Source: a virus (lineage: Duplodnaviria > Caudoviricetes). From it: a stretch of 64,000 nt of DNA. The stretch lies in IMG/VR virus record IMGVR_UViG_3300050034_000334; one strand, given 5' to 3'. Of this stretch, positions 1-10,647 are shown piece by piece. Below the pieces are notes generated by a model that was not told where the DNA came from, searched no databases, and worked only from the letters and a program-made list of their open reading frames with translations. The number at the start of each line of letters is the position of its first letter. Position 1 is the first letter of the stretch. Position numbers and translations under genes: made by a program.

Positions 1-1159
1 GAAATGCCTGTTGCATGATCCAATCCCGTTCCGCCGGTGTCAAAGCATTGAACTTCGCCAGCAGTTCCGGAGGGAGATTGCCATAGGAATCCATGTGATT
101 GGCATCTTGCACGATTTCAGCTACATGTTCAGCAGACAAGGTGATCCTCTTGTTGTTGTACATGTTGAGAATGTCGGTACCAATCGCATCCCAAGTGAGC
201 TCAGCCGCTCTCTCTATCTCCTTGATCTCCTGAGGAGTCATGTTCTTGGGCTGTACGGCAGTGGATTTCCGTGTCTCAGTGCGCTCTTCACGCAACCGCT
301 CAAACTCTTCCTCGTCCTCATCTGTGATGTTATCGATGAACTCCTTGCGGAGTGCATCGGTCACCTTCTCATAGAGATCACGATTGTAGTATTCGTACTC
401 AAGATGGAACTTGTCGCGGATGATATCAGTGATGTAATCCCAGGCGCTGTCGCGACCGCCTTCGGATAGAGCTTCTCCGTACTCGAGCTCACCTTCTCCA
501 TGAAGGTACTCAGAGATGCGAGTGATGTATCCAGCCGCCTCTTCCTCTAGCTCCTGTGCAGCCTGTGCTTCGTAGTCTTCTGGCTCTGGCTCGGGCTTCA
601 GAGCTTCAACAAGATCTTCGAGGCCATTGCCTTCCTTCTTGGACTCCTCGAACAGCCAGTTCCCATTTTCGGAGATGTAGAGAGTTTCCCCTGGTTCTCT
701 GGGGACGGTCTTCTTCAGGTTGAAGGTCTTGCCATCTTCGTCTTCGTCGAAAAGACCTTCCCACTTGAATCCGTCTTGCTGGGCAGCCTCGCGCATTTCC
801 TCGACATTCTCAGGAACTGAGACATCAGAGAAAGTGTTGGGTGTACCTTCAACCAAGTCTGGATCGTCTTCGAAGTCGTCGGCTTTCTTTCCCACTGACC
901 CTGTTTTGGAGGACACTGTGCTCTCAGCACCCGCCTTATCCGGATCTCCATGCCAGTGACCATCACTGTGTTCGTAACAGCAGTAGTCTCCGTCATTCCG
1001 ATTCGCGTAGAAATCTTCTCCACATCCTGCACAAGTCTTAACTTCTAGGTGGTCGTCCTGGCGCACGTTTAAGTCGTGCTGATCACGCAACTCTTGATAG
1101 AGTTTAGCTCGCTCTTGAGGAGTCCTCTCAAATCCAGTTTTGACTGATGGGATCTTCAT
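1..1159 (-). CDS. Acidic hypothetical protein, 3' truncated by window edge (not in ORF track)
   Basis: Manual translation: GGAGAG RBS then ATG at 1159 (MKIPSVKTGFERTPQ...), frame open to position 1; D/E-rich. Confidence 0.85.
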   Translation of the reverse strand, partial: MKIPSVKTGFERTPQERAKLYQELRDQHDLNVRQDDHLEVKTCAGCGEDFYANRNDGDYCCYEHSDGHWHGDPDKAGAESTVSSKTGSVGKKADDFEDDPDLVEGTPNTFSDVSVPENVEEMREAAQQDGFKWEGLFDEDEDGKTFNLKKTVPREPGETLYISENGNWLFEESKKEGNGLEDLVEALKPEPEPEDYEAQAAQELEEEAAGYITRISEYLHGEGELEYGEALSEGGRDSAWDYITDIIRDKFHLEYEYYNRDLYEKVTDALRKEFIDNITDEDEEEFERLREERTETRKSTAVQPKNMTPQEIKEIERAAELTWDAIGTDILNMYNNKRITLSAEHVAEIVQDANHMDSYGNLPPELLAKFNALTPAERDWIMQQAF

Positions 1160-1167
1160 GTACTCTC

Positions 1168-2067
1168 CTACCGGATTACAAAGTTGAATTGATATCCTGC
1201 ATCAAGACATGCTTGACGTTTTGCTTTGTTTACGAGCCACCAATCATCACATCCAAACAAAGTCCAGTTGGATTTCACTTCTATCAACCAGTTCAACCTG
1301 GGAAGGTAGAAGTCGGGATAGTAACAGCTCTGCCTGCCTGTAATGGGATTGGTATACCATATCTTAGGTACGTTACCCTTTCCAGAAAGCACCTCTTTCT
1401 CAGCAAAACCAGATTTCAGCAATTCCAATAATACTCTGAATTCATATCCTTGAAGGTAGCGAACCTCTCCTGAAGGGGTTGTGTACGGTTTGGCCTGTAA
1501 CCTGGTTCTGAGACTTTTCTCATAGATTTCAGCATCCTGTGATGGGTTATCTACTCCATATCTTTCTCTACAAGAGGCTACTATCTTCCCTTTCACTATT
1601 TCTGATTGAAAAACAAATCGAGTACCATACTTTCTAAGACAAGTCTTCTGAATTTTTTGTTCTACTTGAACACTTTGTCTGACATTGTCAACACCATACA
1701 CCCTTTGGCAAGTATCATCACGCTTTTTCATCACTTCTTTTGAACACATTGGTGAATTACCACCATATCTATCCAAGCAAGTCCTACTCTTTTTAGCACG
1801 AACATCCGAGCTTGCTAGCGGATTAGTACCTCCAAATTTGTTGATAAAATACTGGTTTCGTTTAGCAACTATTTCAGGCATTAATGACGGGTTTCTAGAA
1901 CTCAAACAAGTCTTCAGTTTCCATCCGTTACAGCTGTTGTGTCTGGAACTGCAACACGGACGTCTCCCCTTTCCAAGAAAGAACTTGGCAGGTAGTGTAC
2001 ATCCATAGTTACAGATAAGGTTGATTTCTGGTGGTATAACTTCGACATGCGGCTTCCCAATGCTCAT
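1168..2067 (-). CDS. Putative homing endonuclease, PD-(D/E)XK type with CxxRYG repeats
   Basis: Repeats CLDRYGGNSP/CQRVYGVDNV/CRERYGVDNPSQ; C-terminal YYPDFYL...LIEVKS. Confidence 0.75.
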   Translation of the reverse strand: MSIGKPHVEVIPPEINLICNYGCTLPAKFFLGKGRRPCCSSRHNSCNGWKLKTCLSSRNPSLMPEIVAKRNQYFINKFGGTNPLASSDVRAKKSRTCLDRYGGNSPMCSKEVMKKRDDTCQRVYGVDNVRQSVQVEQKIQKTCLRKYGTRFVFQSEIVKGKIVASCRERYGVDNPSQDAEIYEKSLRTRLQAKPYTTPSGEVRYLQGYEFRVLLELLKSGFAEKEVLSGKGNVPKIWYTNPITGRQSCYYPDFYLPRLNWLIEVKSNWTLFGCDDWWLVNKAKRQACLDAGYQFNFVIR

Positions 2068-2085
2068 ACTTAGAGTCAGGAAGTC
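2068..2085 (-). promoter_or_regulatory. GACTT-type promoter-like motif abutting ATG (leaderless)
   Basis: GACTTCCTGACTCTAAGT-ATG, no SD sequence. Confidence 0.65.
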
Positions 2086-2112
2086 GCAATGTACGAAGTA
2101 ATAGTCAGAGGA

Positions 2113-5100
2113 CTATTCCGCTTCTTTTGTTCCTGTAATGAACTCATACTCCATAGTAAGAGTGTCTTTGTTGATCTTATTGCAGCGGACGAAAACTTCG
2201 TAAATGTATCCATCTACAGGATCATTTCTCCAAACCGCACTTTGTGCCCATGCCCCGTTGATGATGTCCTGAAGATCTGTGTCATTGAGATCCGCCAGCA
2301 GTGAACGAATCCTGGATCCGTTGCTAATACCAGGCCCAGCACTCATGCCAACTGAGGATACCGGGGAAGTTGAAGACTCGACAAACTCCAGGCTGATTGA
2401 TCCCTTGCCTGGAACCTTGTTCAGCACTGGGCGAGAGGTCACCTTGAAAGCTGAAACGAATGCTGCAGCGATCTCACCAACCAGCAACTTGATGAACTCG
2501 GAGAACTGCTCCTTGTCCTGAGTCTTGTTGGCTGTCTTCTTCAGTCTCATAGAAGCCAGTAGAGCAGAGGGAATACCATCGTCAAGTTGACCATGGTACT
2601 CGTCCATGAAGTCTATACCTCTTATACCTTGCTCATTGCGAAGCGGAAGGCTGTCATTCAGGATCTGAGGCTGGCCCTGGATTCCCACACCCACCGCGCT
2701 GGGAGCCGTGGAGACATACTTGCCCGCATCGCTGACATCAAAGTCGTTGATCATCGGGTTGTTGGCCTCGTTCGGAGCAGGGTTCGGCATGGAGTCTACG
2801 ATCTCTCCTTGAATTTCAGGGTAGAACTCCTGCAGAGCCTGACCAGGATAGAAGAAGCTGAATCCGGCTGTGATTGGACGTTCGGAATTGGTTACCCAAT
2901 CCTCACGCTCGTCCTTGCGAACTGTCTCAGGGTTCTCGGTCTTTCCTTTGGGAGCACCTTCGACTACCACAGGGAGGTCTTCTTCAGCCGCCACAAGGAC
3001 GAATGCAGAAGCCTTCTTGGAAGGATCCGTTTTAACGAAATCCTTGATGTTGAAAGAAGCACCACTGGGCTTGGACTGTTTGGGCTTAGGATCAATCGCG
3101 TTTCTCAGATCGTAAGGTTTGGAGTCAAGTGGATGCTTGGCTTCTTCGGCCTTCTTGGACTTGGCCGCCTTGGCGTGTTCCTCTTCCTCGCGCAAAGCCG
3201 GGCAGCCATCGTAGTGCTGTTGAATTCCCTGAACGCTGGTGCAATTGCAGTCAGGGCACTTCTTCTCAGGAGGAGCCTGCTCGTCACGAGCAGCATGATG
3301 ACGTTGGCCTTCCTCGCGCTCAGACTTCAGCCGCTCGTCGAACTCAGGAGTGTGAGGCTCGTAACCCTCGGAGAAGTAGGGAGCCTCGCCGGCATTCTCT
3401 CCATAGACCGCTCCACAAGCGCAGGTGTAGACGTTCATGCCATCAGGAGCACCCTTGTCCTCTTCCCACTCATGACCTTCGGGAAGAGTGGATGAACCTG
3501 GATCCGGGTATGCCTTCTTGGAGGAAGCCATCCTGCCTTCTTGTGAATGTTCGTTGTTCCACATATCCGCTTCGCTACGATCTTCAGCAGCTGCATCAAC
3601 AGCCTCGAGGATTTCGTAGCTGTTGTATTCTTGAATGAGAGTTCTGATCAACTCGTCCATGAGATCGCCGGTGCGAGCATCGAGGCCAAAATCATTCCAT
3701 CCGCTTCCCACGACTTCATCTTCGCCATTGATGGCTCCAAGAGCCGTTTGGAAGATTAGATGAATCGTTTCGGCATCGAATCCATCGGCCTTCATCTCCT
3801 CAACAAGACTGTCGAGCTCGGTGAATTCCATGGCCGTCTTCACAATACCAGCGAACTTGTCCAACTTCTCGGTGGCAGGAATCTTGATTCCAGTGTGATC
3901 TTCTTCCTCACTGCTGGCGTCATTGATGGAGGTATCACCTTCGAGCCGCTTGGCTGTGTCCTGATCCTCCGGAGGATTAGACAGGGCCTTCTTGACACTT
4001 CCGCCCTTGTGAGTCACTTCGTTGTGGGGATCGTTGTCTTCATCCTCATCTTCGTCTTCGTAGATCCCCGACATGGACTCATCAGTCTGTTCTTCCGGCC
4101 ACTCAATCTTCTCTTCACCGTAGTCCTTGCCATAGTTCGCGATGAAGTCATCGACCCAGGAAGCATTGCCAAAGCTGATGCGCCACATCGCCAAGGTGCC
4201 AACATTGGGCTGGCTTTCCGGGGAGAAGATCAGGGCAAGATCAGTTCTACCCTCCTTGCCAGAGACGTTGCCATCAATGATGAATGCTTCCGAGAACACC
4301 GGGGCCTTGGCAATCCCTTCCTCTACCAGCATCTCTGCAATTCCGTTGACCCATGCCTGCTGAGGAGCTCCTGCTCCCATGATTACCAGACCAAGGTCCT
4401 TGTCGTGTGCCAGGAGTGCTGAGAATGGCTGATTGGATACCTGAGGCTCACCAGCTGTCTTCTTTACAGAAGCAGACTTCTCTTTTTCATGATCCTCAAC
4501 CTCAGCTTCGTGATCGTCTTCTTCCTTCTCGTGATCCTCAACCTCAGCTTCGTGATCTCCTTCTTCGTGAGCTTCCTCCTCAGCCTCGTGTTCGTGACTC
4601 TCTTCCTTGTGCTCTTCCTGCTCCTCAGCGAAGTAGTCCGCATTCCAATAGTCGTCTTCCTTGGGCTCAGCCTTCGGTTCGGACTTTGGCTCTTCAGATT
4701 TCGGTTCAGCAGCTGGTTCTGTTGACTCAGCCTTCGGTTCGGTAGATTCAGCCTTTGGCTCGGACTTCTTGGTTTCCTTGAGTTCTACCAGCGGGGCCGG
4801 TCCAAGGTCCTCAGTGATGGCATTCCAAATGCTGTCAAAGTCCATGTTGACATCAGCCGTCTTGGCATCCACCACACCAGCGGGACGGAGCTTGGCAAGG
4901 CGAGCTTCGCGATCAGCCGCCTTCTTGCTCGCCTTGCTTGAGAATCCTCTTGAATGAGTGGCCGCCGTCTTTCCGCAAATGCATTCAGAGGCTGGACGAT
5001 CACAGGCATCACAGTAACCATCATCAGGAACGTCTTCTTCTGGTTTCTGATACGGAGCAGTGAATGCGGAAACCTTGGGAGCCGGAGCTTCAATCCTGTC

Positions 5101-6321
5101 CACTTCCATGGAGTGAAGCCGACTGATGGCATCGGCATCATTTGCGACACCGGGGGTCCTCAGCATTCCAGCGCCCGCATTGCCACTGGTGTTCTCGCCG
5201 CCGTTGCCAGCCGACTTGAAATACTCATGTGAACGGAGGGCCTTCTCAGCTTCCTCCTTGGATGCGTGAGAGTCAAGAATCTTCCCATCCTTGACATTGC
5301 ACCACGGGGCTTCCTTACCCTCTGAATCCTTGTGACCAGGCTTGTGCTCGATGGTTGCGAACTTGGACTCGAACTTGACTGAAGCACCCTTGCTGTTTTC
5401 GATGTTCATGTCAGAGGTGAATGATCCAGGCTCTCCGTAATCCGGATGGGCGCGAATTCCTTCAGGTTCCTTGATTGTGGTCTTTCCCACTTCCTCAGGA
5501 GCCTTGATCTCCTCGCCCTTGACTGTGAAGTCCTTGGTCAGTTCAGCCAAGACCTGAGTCTCACCAGGTTCCAGACCGTTATTCTCGGCCAGGATGATGG
5601 CTGCAGTCTTTCTGCTGAGCACAGCATAAGGCTTGCGAGCCGATGCCTTCTTGTTGACCTCATCACCCTTCTCCAACTCAGGGAAATTCTTGAGAGGATT
5701 TTCAGTGATGAACGGATACTGCATCTTCGGAGTCACGTCACAGACATCCACGCGAGCGGTGTCGATGTCAGTGGTGAGTGTTTCGAAAGCACTGGACAAG
5801 GCTGGATCGAAGTAGCAAGAGAAGATCAGGTGGCGAACCAGGTTGGCCAGTTCCTGATCATCCTTCGTGTACTTGAACATGACATATTCGCGAGGATTGG
5901 TCCAGGCCGGCAAGAACATGACGATGGATTCATACTTGCCCGACTGTTCGTTCTTGAAGAGCCGGTCTTTGATCTCCTGGTAGTCGGCCTTGCTGTATTC
6001 ATCGAACTCGGACTCACCAATCTTGTGCTCGAGAAGATCTGAAACCTCCTCGCCACCGAACTCACGGACAATTGCTCCGTAGAGGAGAGCCAGAGGGAAG
6101 TCTTCAAGGTTGTCTGCCACTGAAGCAGGAACAATCATGACGCGCCCAATGACAATGTGCTGACGAAGACCCTCGTAGAAGACCTGAAGAGACTGAATCG
6201 TTCCAGAACTCTTGGCCTTGTCCTCGCCCTGTTTGATAGCGGCGACGACTTTCGCGAGTAGATGATCTCCGATCATGAATGACTGCCAAGATCTTGCGGA
6301 GACTGTTCCCATTGGTTGCAT
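2113..6321 (-). CDS. Large acidic modular protein with K-x-A motifs, probable internal virion protein
   Basis: 1402 aa ORF; acidic blocks separated by KTA/KKA motifs. Confidence 0.6.
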   Translation of the reverse strand: MQPMGTVSARSWQSFMIGDHLLAKVVAAIKQGEDKAKSSGTIQSLQVFYEGLRQHIVIGRVMIVPASVADNLEDFPLALLYGAIVREFGGEEVSDLLEHKIGESEFDEYSKADYQEIKDRLFKNEQSGKYESIVMFLPAWTNPREYVMFKYTKDDQELANLVRHLIFSCYFDPALSSAFETLTTDIDTARVDVCDVTPKMQYPFITENPLKNFPELEKGDEVNKKASARKPYAVLSRKTAAIILAENNGLEPGETQVLAELTKDFTVKGEEIKAPEEVGKTTIKEPEGIRAHPDYGEPGSFTSDMNIENSKGASVKFESKFATIEHKPGHKDSEGKEAPWCNVKDGKILDSHASKEEAEKALRSHEYFKSAGNGGENTSGNAGAGMLRTPGVANDADAISRLHSMEVDRIEAPAPKVSAFTAPYQKPEEDVPDDGYCDACDRPASECICGKTAATHSRGFSSKASKKAADREARLAKLRPAGVVDAKTADVNMDFDSIWNAITEDLGPAPLVELKETKKSEPKAESTEPKAESTEPAAEPKSEEPKSEPKAEPKEDDYWNADYFAEEQEEHKEESHEHEAEEEAHEEGDHEAEVEDHEKEEDDHEAEVEDHEKEKSASVKKTAGEPQVSNQPFSALLAHDKDLGLVIMGAGAPQQAWVNGIAEMLVEEGIAKAPVFSEAFIIDGNVSGKEGRTDLALIFSPESQPNVGTLAMWRISFGNASWVDDFIANYGKDYGEEKIEWPEEQTDESMSGIYEDEDEDEDNDPHNEVTHKGGSVKKALSNPPEDQDTAKRLEGDTSINDASSEEEDHTGIKIPATEKLDKFAGIVKTAMEFTELDSLVEEMKADGFDAETIHLIFQTALGAINGEDEVVGSGWNDFGLDARTGDLMDELIRTLIQEYNSYEILEAVDAAAEDRSEADMWNNEHSQEGRMASSKKAYPDPGSSTLPEGHEWEEDKGAPDGMNVYTCACGAVYGENAGEAPYFSEGYEPHTPEFDERLKSEREEGQRHHAARDEQAPPEKKCPDCNCTSVQGIQQHYDGCPALREEEEHAKAAKSKKAEEAKHPLDSKPYDLRNAIDPKPKQSKPSGASFNIKDFVKTDPSKKASAFVLVAAEEDLPVVVEGAPKGKTENPETVRKDEREDWVTNSERPITAGFSFFYPGQALQEFYPEIQGEIVDSMPNPAPNEANNPMINDFDVSDAGKYVSTAPSAVGVGIQGQPQILNDSLPLRNEQGIRGIDFMDEYHGQLDDGIPSALLASMRLKKTANKTQDKEQFSEFIKLLVGEIAAAFVSAFKVTSRPVLNKVPGKGSISLEFVESSTSPVSSVGMSAGPGISNGSRIRSLLADLNDTDLQDIINGAWAQSAVWRNDPVDGYIYEVFVRCNKINKDTLTMEYEFITGTKEAE
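4490..4557. repeat. Direct repeat (26 bp copies, 42 bp period) encoding DHEAEVEDHEKE
   Basis: tgatcctcaacctcagcttcgtgatc at 4490 and 4532; EPKAEST repeats follow at about 4660-4765. Confidence 0.85.
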
Positions 6322-6324
6322 GTC

Positions 6325-6876
6325 TTATTCCTCGTTGTTGTGCCGGTAAATCTTCTGAATATGGGACAGAAAGTCTCTTACTCCCATAGCACTCTTCATA
6401 CGATTACACTGCCAACAACAAGGAACTGCATTGCCTTCAGTGTAACCAAGAGCACTATTGACCCTGTCTATCCCACCATAGATGAAAAACCCAGTATTCT
6501 CTGATTTCTTAAAAACCCTACTTGGAATCTCTCCACAGTAAACGCAAGAGGAAGTGATCAGAGAATCAAATTCTTCGTCAGACAAATCCCATACAATGTT
6601 TCTGTTTCTTGCATTTCTAGTGTAAACCTCTTTGATGCCGTTTCTAGCTGCTACTCCAAAAGGTTTTGCATTGGATTTTCCTGTACCAGAAAGAGATTCC
6701 CTTCTCAAGCAACCGCAACTACGCGCATTGCTACTGGTCAGATTGCCACCTTGAATGCTGCATTCTTTGCCACAGTCACAACGACATATCCAGCGTGCAG
6801 GAGTAATACGTCCGTCTCTCCGCATCACTACAAGTCGTCCATATCGTTTGTCGGTTAAATCGATGAGACGCGTCAT
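6325..6876 (-). CDS. HNH (His-Me finger) homing endonuclease
   Basis: N-term RYGRLVV...WICRCDCG...SCGC; C-term CVYCG...GIDRVNS..GY..GNAVPCCWQCNRMK. Confidence 0.85.
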   Translation of the reverse strand: MTRLIDLTDKRYGRLVVMRRDGRITPARWICRCDCGKECSIQGGNLTSSNARSCGCLRRESLSGTGKSNAKPFGVAARNGIKEVYTRNARNRNIVWDLSDEEFDSLITSSCVYCGEIPSRVFKKSENTGFFIYGGIDRVNSALGYTEGNAVPCCWQCNRMKSAMGVRDFLSHIQKIYRHNNEE

Positions 6877-7409
6877 ACTTCTCCTATCCTTGCAGTCTCT
6901 CGACGAAGCCGTTCATCATTGGTTTTCACCAAATCAGAAAACTGTTTCATGACACTGTCAATTGTAGTTCTGTCCAGTCCTGACTCTTTCAGAGATTTAG
7001 TATACAGAGTCATTAGCTCAACAAAAACGAATTGGAATTTTGGGCCGTCAAACGACAAAAAATCCTTCTTGGAAAGGATATCACTTTCAGTCAGTGATTT
7101 CTGCAATTCCCGAAGCATTTTGATTTCGTCATTCAAACTTCGACGCTGTGATATGAAGGTGGGATCGGAGTTGCCCAGCAGCACCAGTTCCTTGAGAGCG
7201 ATGGTCATCTCAATGGTGATCATCCTGGAGATGTCAGCGACCGATGAAGTCTGGTCCTGCATCTTCACCAGAATGTCTTCGATGTTCGTTTTCCGGTGCT
7301 TCGGCCCATCATCCTTCTCTTCTTCTTTCGGAGGCATAGTATTCTCAGGAGACGGAGCTACCTTTCCATCTGAGCCATCACTGAGAAATTTGAACTCCTG
7401 GTCTTCCAT
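6873..7409 (-). CDS. Hypothetical helical protein
   Basis: 178 aa ORF, overlaps both neighbours at start/stop. Confidence 0.75.
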   Translation of the reverse strand: MEDQEFKFLSDGSDGKVAPSPENTMPPKEEEKDDGPKHRKTNIEDILVKMQDQTSSVADISRMITIEMTIALKELVLLGNSDPTFISQRRSLNDEIKMLRELQKSLTESDILSKKDFLSFDGPKFQFVFVELMTLYTKSLKESGLDRTTIDSVMKQFSDLVKTNDERLRRETARIGEV

Positions 7410-8728
7410 TAAATCTCCAATGAGAAGTGAGAGCCAACTTCAATCTCGTATCCTTTGGGCTGGATGATGTCAATGTCTCCCAGCTTGGCAGTCGACGAGA
7501 GGTCGTATTCATTAAGCATCTGATGACCATCTTTCGGTGCACCAGAAGCAATCTTGTGGTTGGAAGAAGCCGTGCTCATCCCAGGGAAGCTCAGCAAAGT
7601 CCCGCCAGTGAGACCGCAGTGCATGCTGCTGCGATAAGCACAAGAGGAACACTTGGGTGCTCCAACGATGGCGTTCTGGACTCCCAATTTCCCCTTGAGG
7701 AAACGGCAGTCAATCTGGGAGAGAGCGATCTTGGTTCCTGCAGTCTTCAATCCACCCACGAACTTCTTCACGACATCAGCCGCCCGGACTACGCCAGCGG
7801 TCTTGACACCGAATGAATAAATCTTCTCGAGGGATGCTCCAGCAGTGTGAGCCTTGGAAATTGCAGCAACGGTGAATTCCGGAGAGGTGGTCTTGATGGT
7901 AGAAGCTGTCTTGGCCGCCGTGGTTCTCTGGGTGACCTTGTCATCCACTCGGACGATAGGAGCCTTGTCAGCGGTCTTCTGCTCGGCGCCATCACGGATC
8001 TTGGCAAGGTGTTCGGCTGCAGTAAACTGCTTCTTTTCCATGAACTTGTTGGGTTCCCAATAGTCCATGCCGTTCACATCTTCTGTTCCGCCGGCATCCA
8101 GATACTCGTGGGCAGAATTCCAGTTGAAGATGACATTTTCAGCCAGCTTCTTCTTGAGATAGTTGCTGATCTTCTCCTTGGAGTGACCGGCAGCTATGGC
8201 CTTGCGAATGCCCGCCCGGATGCTCTCATCAGAGATACGCTTGCCCTTGGTTTCGACTGTGGTGCCCTTGGCTTTCTCAAGTGAGATTGAGACATCCGCC
8301 AGCGCATTGTCATCCGAAGTGACCGCCGCCGCGCGATTCTTCCAGTCGTTGGGGACGGAAGAAACTCGAACGGTATCAAACGGATCTCCAAGAGGATCTC
8401 TGTCGTCGATTGGTTGCGAAACTTGCGCAGTCAAACCCTCTTCAGAGCAACCATTGTTATAGCAGCGAAGTACACCCAGTTGGTCCTTCTGCAATGGTTT
8501 ACTGCATGCCGGGCAATTCTGGTCGTACCCAGAGGCAAAGTGAACACCACCGTGGACTTCTCCTCGGTCACCTTCAATGGAACGTGTGAATGCCTTGTCA
8601 ACCTCGTCATGAGTCAGGTTCAAGAGTTCCTGACCAGAAGCTCTGGCTGCATTGAGTCCCACATCCTCATAGTCCGATGGTCCGTCAAGGAACGCGTCGA
8701 TGATACTCGAATACAGTTTTTCTGCCAT
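7409..8728 (-). CDS. Hypothetical K-x-A motif protein with Cys-rich segments
   Basis: 439 aa; CPAC...CYNNGC and CSSCAY...HC clusters; QKTA, AKTA, HKIA motifs. Confidence 0.75.
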   Translation of the reverse strand: MAEKLYSSIIDAFLDGPSDYEDVGLNAARASGQELLNLTHDEVDKAFTRSIEGDRGEVHGGVHFASGYDQNCPACSKPLQKDQLGVLRCYNNGCSEEGLTAQVSQPIDDRDPLGDPFDTVRVSSVPNDWKNRAAAVTSDDNALADVSISLEKAKGTTVETKGKRISDESIRAGIRKAIAAGHSKEKISNYLKKKLAENVIFNWNSAHEYLDAGGTEDVNGMDYWEPNKFMEKKQFTAAEHLAKIRDGAEQKTADKAPIVRVDDKVTQRTTAAKTASTIKTTSPEFTVAAISKAHTAGASLEKIYSFGVKTAGVVRAADVVKKFVGGLKTAGTKIALSQIDCRFLKGKLGVQNAIVGAPKCSSCAYRSSMHCGLTGGTLLSFPGMSTASSNHKIASGAPKDGHQMLNEYDLSSTAKLGDIDIIQPKGYEIEVGSHFSLEI

Positions 8729-9519
8729 TACAACCCTCCTTGGTATAGGCCGGACTTGGACCTATTTCTTTCAGCAATTCGAATTGCCTGAGCAGCGCGA
8801 CGTTCGGGAGTCCATGCCGATACCATTTTCTTGCAAAATTCGGAAGAACGCTTCTGACCTAGGTTTGAAAGACGACTTTTTAGACGCTCTTCTTGTGAAA
8901 CTACCCTTCCCTTGGAGGATTCTCTGTGCTTTCGACGAGTTTCATCAGTTACACCTGCTCTAATGGCTGAAGAAGAGTTTTCTCTGTAGTCTGGATCTCT
9001 CCATAAACTTTCCATTCTTACAGCAAGTAAATCGTAATTGACAGAAGGAGTTTTTCCCTTCCTCTGAGCACAAAATAGAGCTCTTGTGAAATTTGAATGA
9101 GTCCTGCCGGTACTACTGACCCTGTGTTTCTCTCGTGTATCCTCAGAAACGAACCTTCCTGTCATTGCTACACGCAGCTTCTGCTTTGTGGATTCTGAGG
9201 AAGTTCTCCCACGCATAGGAGCACCTGCTTGAAGAGCGATGTTGTACCCACTATGAACAGCATCGAAAGCATCAATGGCTAGCTGTTCTTTCTCCAGAAG
9301 TTGCTCTGTAGGACAGTAAATAATCACGTCGAATTCAAAAACGGATTCTCCATACTTATTGAAGGCATTCTGAAGTTTGGGGTTGTAATGCTTGTTTGTT
9401 TTCAACTCTCCGAAGTGTTCCTGGCATCTCTTTGATAAATCGGCACTGCTTCCTATGTACACTTTTTGGTTCAAAGTGTTTAGTATCCTGTAAACCCCGC
9501 AATTTGACCAATCATTCAT
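8728..9519 (-). CDS. GIY-YIG homing endonuclease with NUMOD3-like repeats
   Basis: GVYRILNTLNQKVYIGSS; HYNPKLQNAFNKYG; basic repeat tail. Confidence 0.9.
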   Translation of the reverse strand: MNDWSNCGVYRILNTLNQKVYIGSSADLSKRCQEHFGELKTNKHYNPKLQNAFNKYGESVFEFDVIIYCPTEQLLEKEQLAIDAFDAVHSGYNIALQAGAPMRGRTSSESTKQKLRVAMTGRFVSEDTREKHRVSSTGRTHSNFTRALFCAQRKGKTPSVNYDLLAVRMESLWRDPDYRENSSSAIRAGVTDETRRKHRESSKGRVVSQEERLKSRLSNLGQKRSSEFCKKMVSAWTPERRAAQAIRIAERNRSKSGLYQGGL

Positions 9520-9842
9520 CAGAACGTGAGATCTCCTAAGATTTGACTCAGAAAGTTACCAGGTGAATCCGCTGGTGCTCCAGCTATTGACTCTCCGTTG
9601 TCAACTTCATCAACAGACAGTCGTATAATCTTTCCTCCCTGTACTTTCCAAAAGTTTTTTGTTGATACGCACCTGTATGCATTTCCAGCCACACGAATCA
9701 GCCCCATCTCCTTTATCTTTTGGCGGAGTTCTGGGGTTATGGATGCTGTCTTGAAATGATGTTCAGTAGGAGCAGAAGAGGGTTGTTCACTCACCTGTCG
9801 ACTTCCGCCCAAACCATGACTGCTATACCGAAATCGATCCAT
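9519..9842 (-). CDS. Hypothetical protein
   Basis: 107 aa, AGGAG RBS, FKTA motif. Confidence 0.75.
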   Translation of the reverse strand: MDRFRYSSHGLGGSRQVSEQPSSAPTEHHFKTASITPELRQKIKEMGLIRVAGNAYRCVSTKNFWKVQGGKIIRLSVDEVDNGESIAGAPADSPGNFLSQILGDLTF

Positions 9843-9848
9843 TTTCGG

Positions 9849-9876
9849 ACTCCTCTAAGAAAGGAGTACGAAAGTC
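9849..9876 (-). promoter_or_regulatory. GACTT motif and hairpin masking the AGGAG RBS of gene 9519..9842
   Basis: Minus strand GACTTTCGT-ACTCCT-TTCTTAG-AGGAGT-CCGAAA-ATG. Confidence 0.5.
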
Positions 9877-9901
9877 TCTTTATGCTGGAGAAGTATTCCT
9901 G

Positions 9902-10642
9902 CTATCGGTTTGCCCTAGATACAAAAACGCTGCGCTCGAAATCTGGATCAGAAACATCAATGCAAAACTCTCCTAGGATGTCCGGATCCCGGAGTTGAAT
10001 GTGTCCCTGCTTTGATAGTTTCCGTCTGCTGTATCCCATCCCAGACGCACTCGCCTTCTCAATGAGACCTTGTAGATAGGCACCCAGGGCCTTGCCTTGT
10101 CGATTCTCAGACTGCTCCAGAACTTGAGCAGCGCGACGTATAGCTCGACGCACATCAGGGCGATGCAAGTGGAATACGTCAGCGACAATCTGAAAACTTT
10201 TGGTCTTCTCGTAAAGTTCGATCGCCTTCGACATCTCCATATTCTCGAGCAAAGTGGACTCAAGTCCTTCCTTCTCCAAAATGCCCTTCATCGCTTCCTG
10301 AGTGGGAGGTCCCAGCAGGATGAAAGTGCCCACTCGTTCTACCGCCTTCCGGATCAGAAACGAACACAGAGTCTGTGTTGTGCGGTGGATGACCGCCAGC
10401 GTGTTCTGTGTCTTGGAGAGGAGATAGTAGCTGAGGAGAAGTTCTTGATCTTCTTTGGAAAGGTAACGGATGATCCTGAGGAACTCGGTGAAGTTTTCTT
10501 CCACATAGGTGAAGATGTCATTCTCAGACAAATCCGCCTGAGTTTCCAATGAAATAGTTGTAATCCCTTCCAGCGATTGGTCCTCAGAAAGGAGAAGAGA
10601 TCTTTGTGCGGTAACGGCGTCCATGTAAGGTGATGATTCCAT
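9902..10642 (-). CDS. Sigma-70 region 4-like / double HTH transcription factor
   Basis: YLSKEDQELLLSYYLLSKTQNTLA resembles sigma region 4; second HTH SFQIVADVFHLHRPDVRRAIRRA; start moved to ATG 10642 after GAAGGAGG. Confidence 0.5.
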   Translation of the reverse strand: MESSPYMDAVTAQRSLLLSEDQSLEGITTISLETQADLSENDIFTYVEENFTEFLRIIRYLSKEDQELLLSYYLLSKTQNTLAVIHRTTQTLCSFLIRKAVERVGTFILLGPPTQEAMKGILEKEGLESTLLENMEMSKAIELYEKTKSFQIVADVFHLHRPDVRRAIRRAAQVLEQSENRQGKALGAYLQGLIEKASASGMGYSRRKLSKQGHIQLRDPDILGEFCIDVSDPDFERSVFVSRANR

Positions 10643-10647
10643 GGTAC

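Noticed and set aside
2279-6289. Many plus-strand ORFs of 60-300 aa opposite the 1402-aa gene (similarly opposite other long genes)
   Set aside because: Antisense shadow frames of a biased coding strand; no RBS or recognisable motifs.
6873-7409. Terminase small subunit
   Set aside because: Only general helical character; no diagnostic motif and no large subunit in the window.
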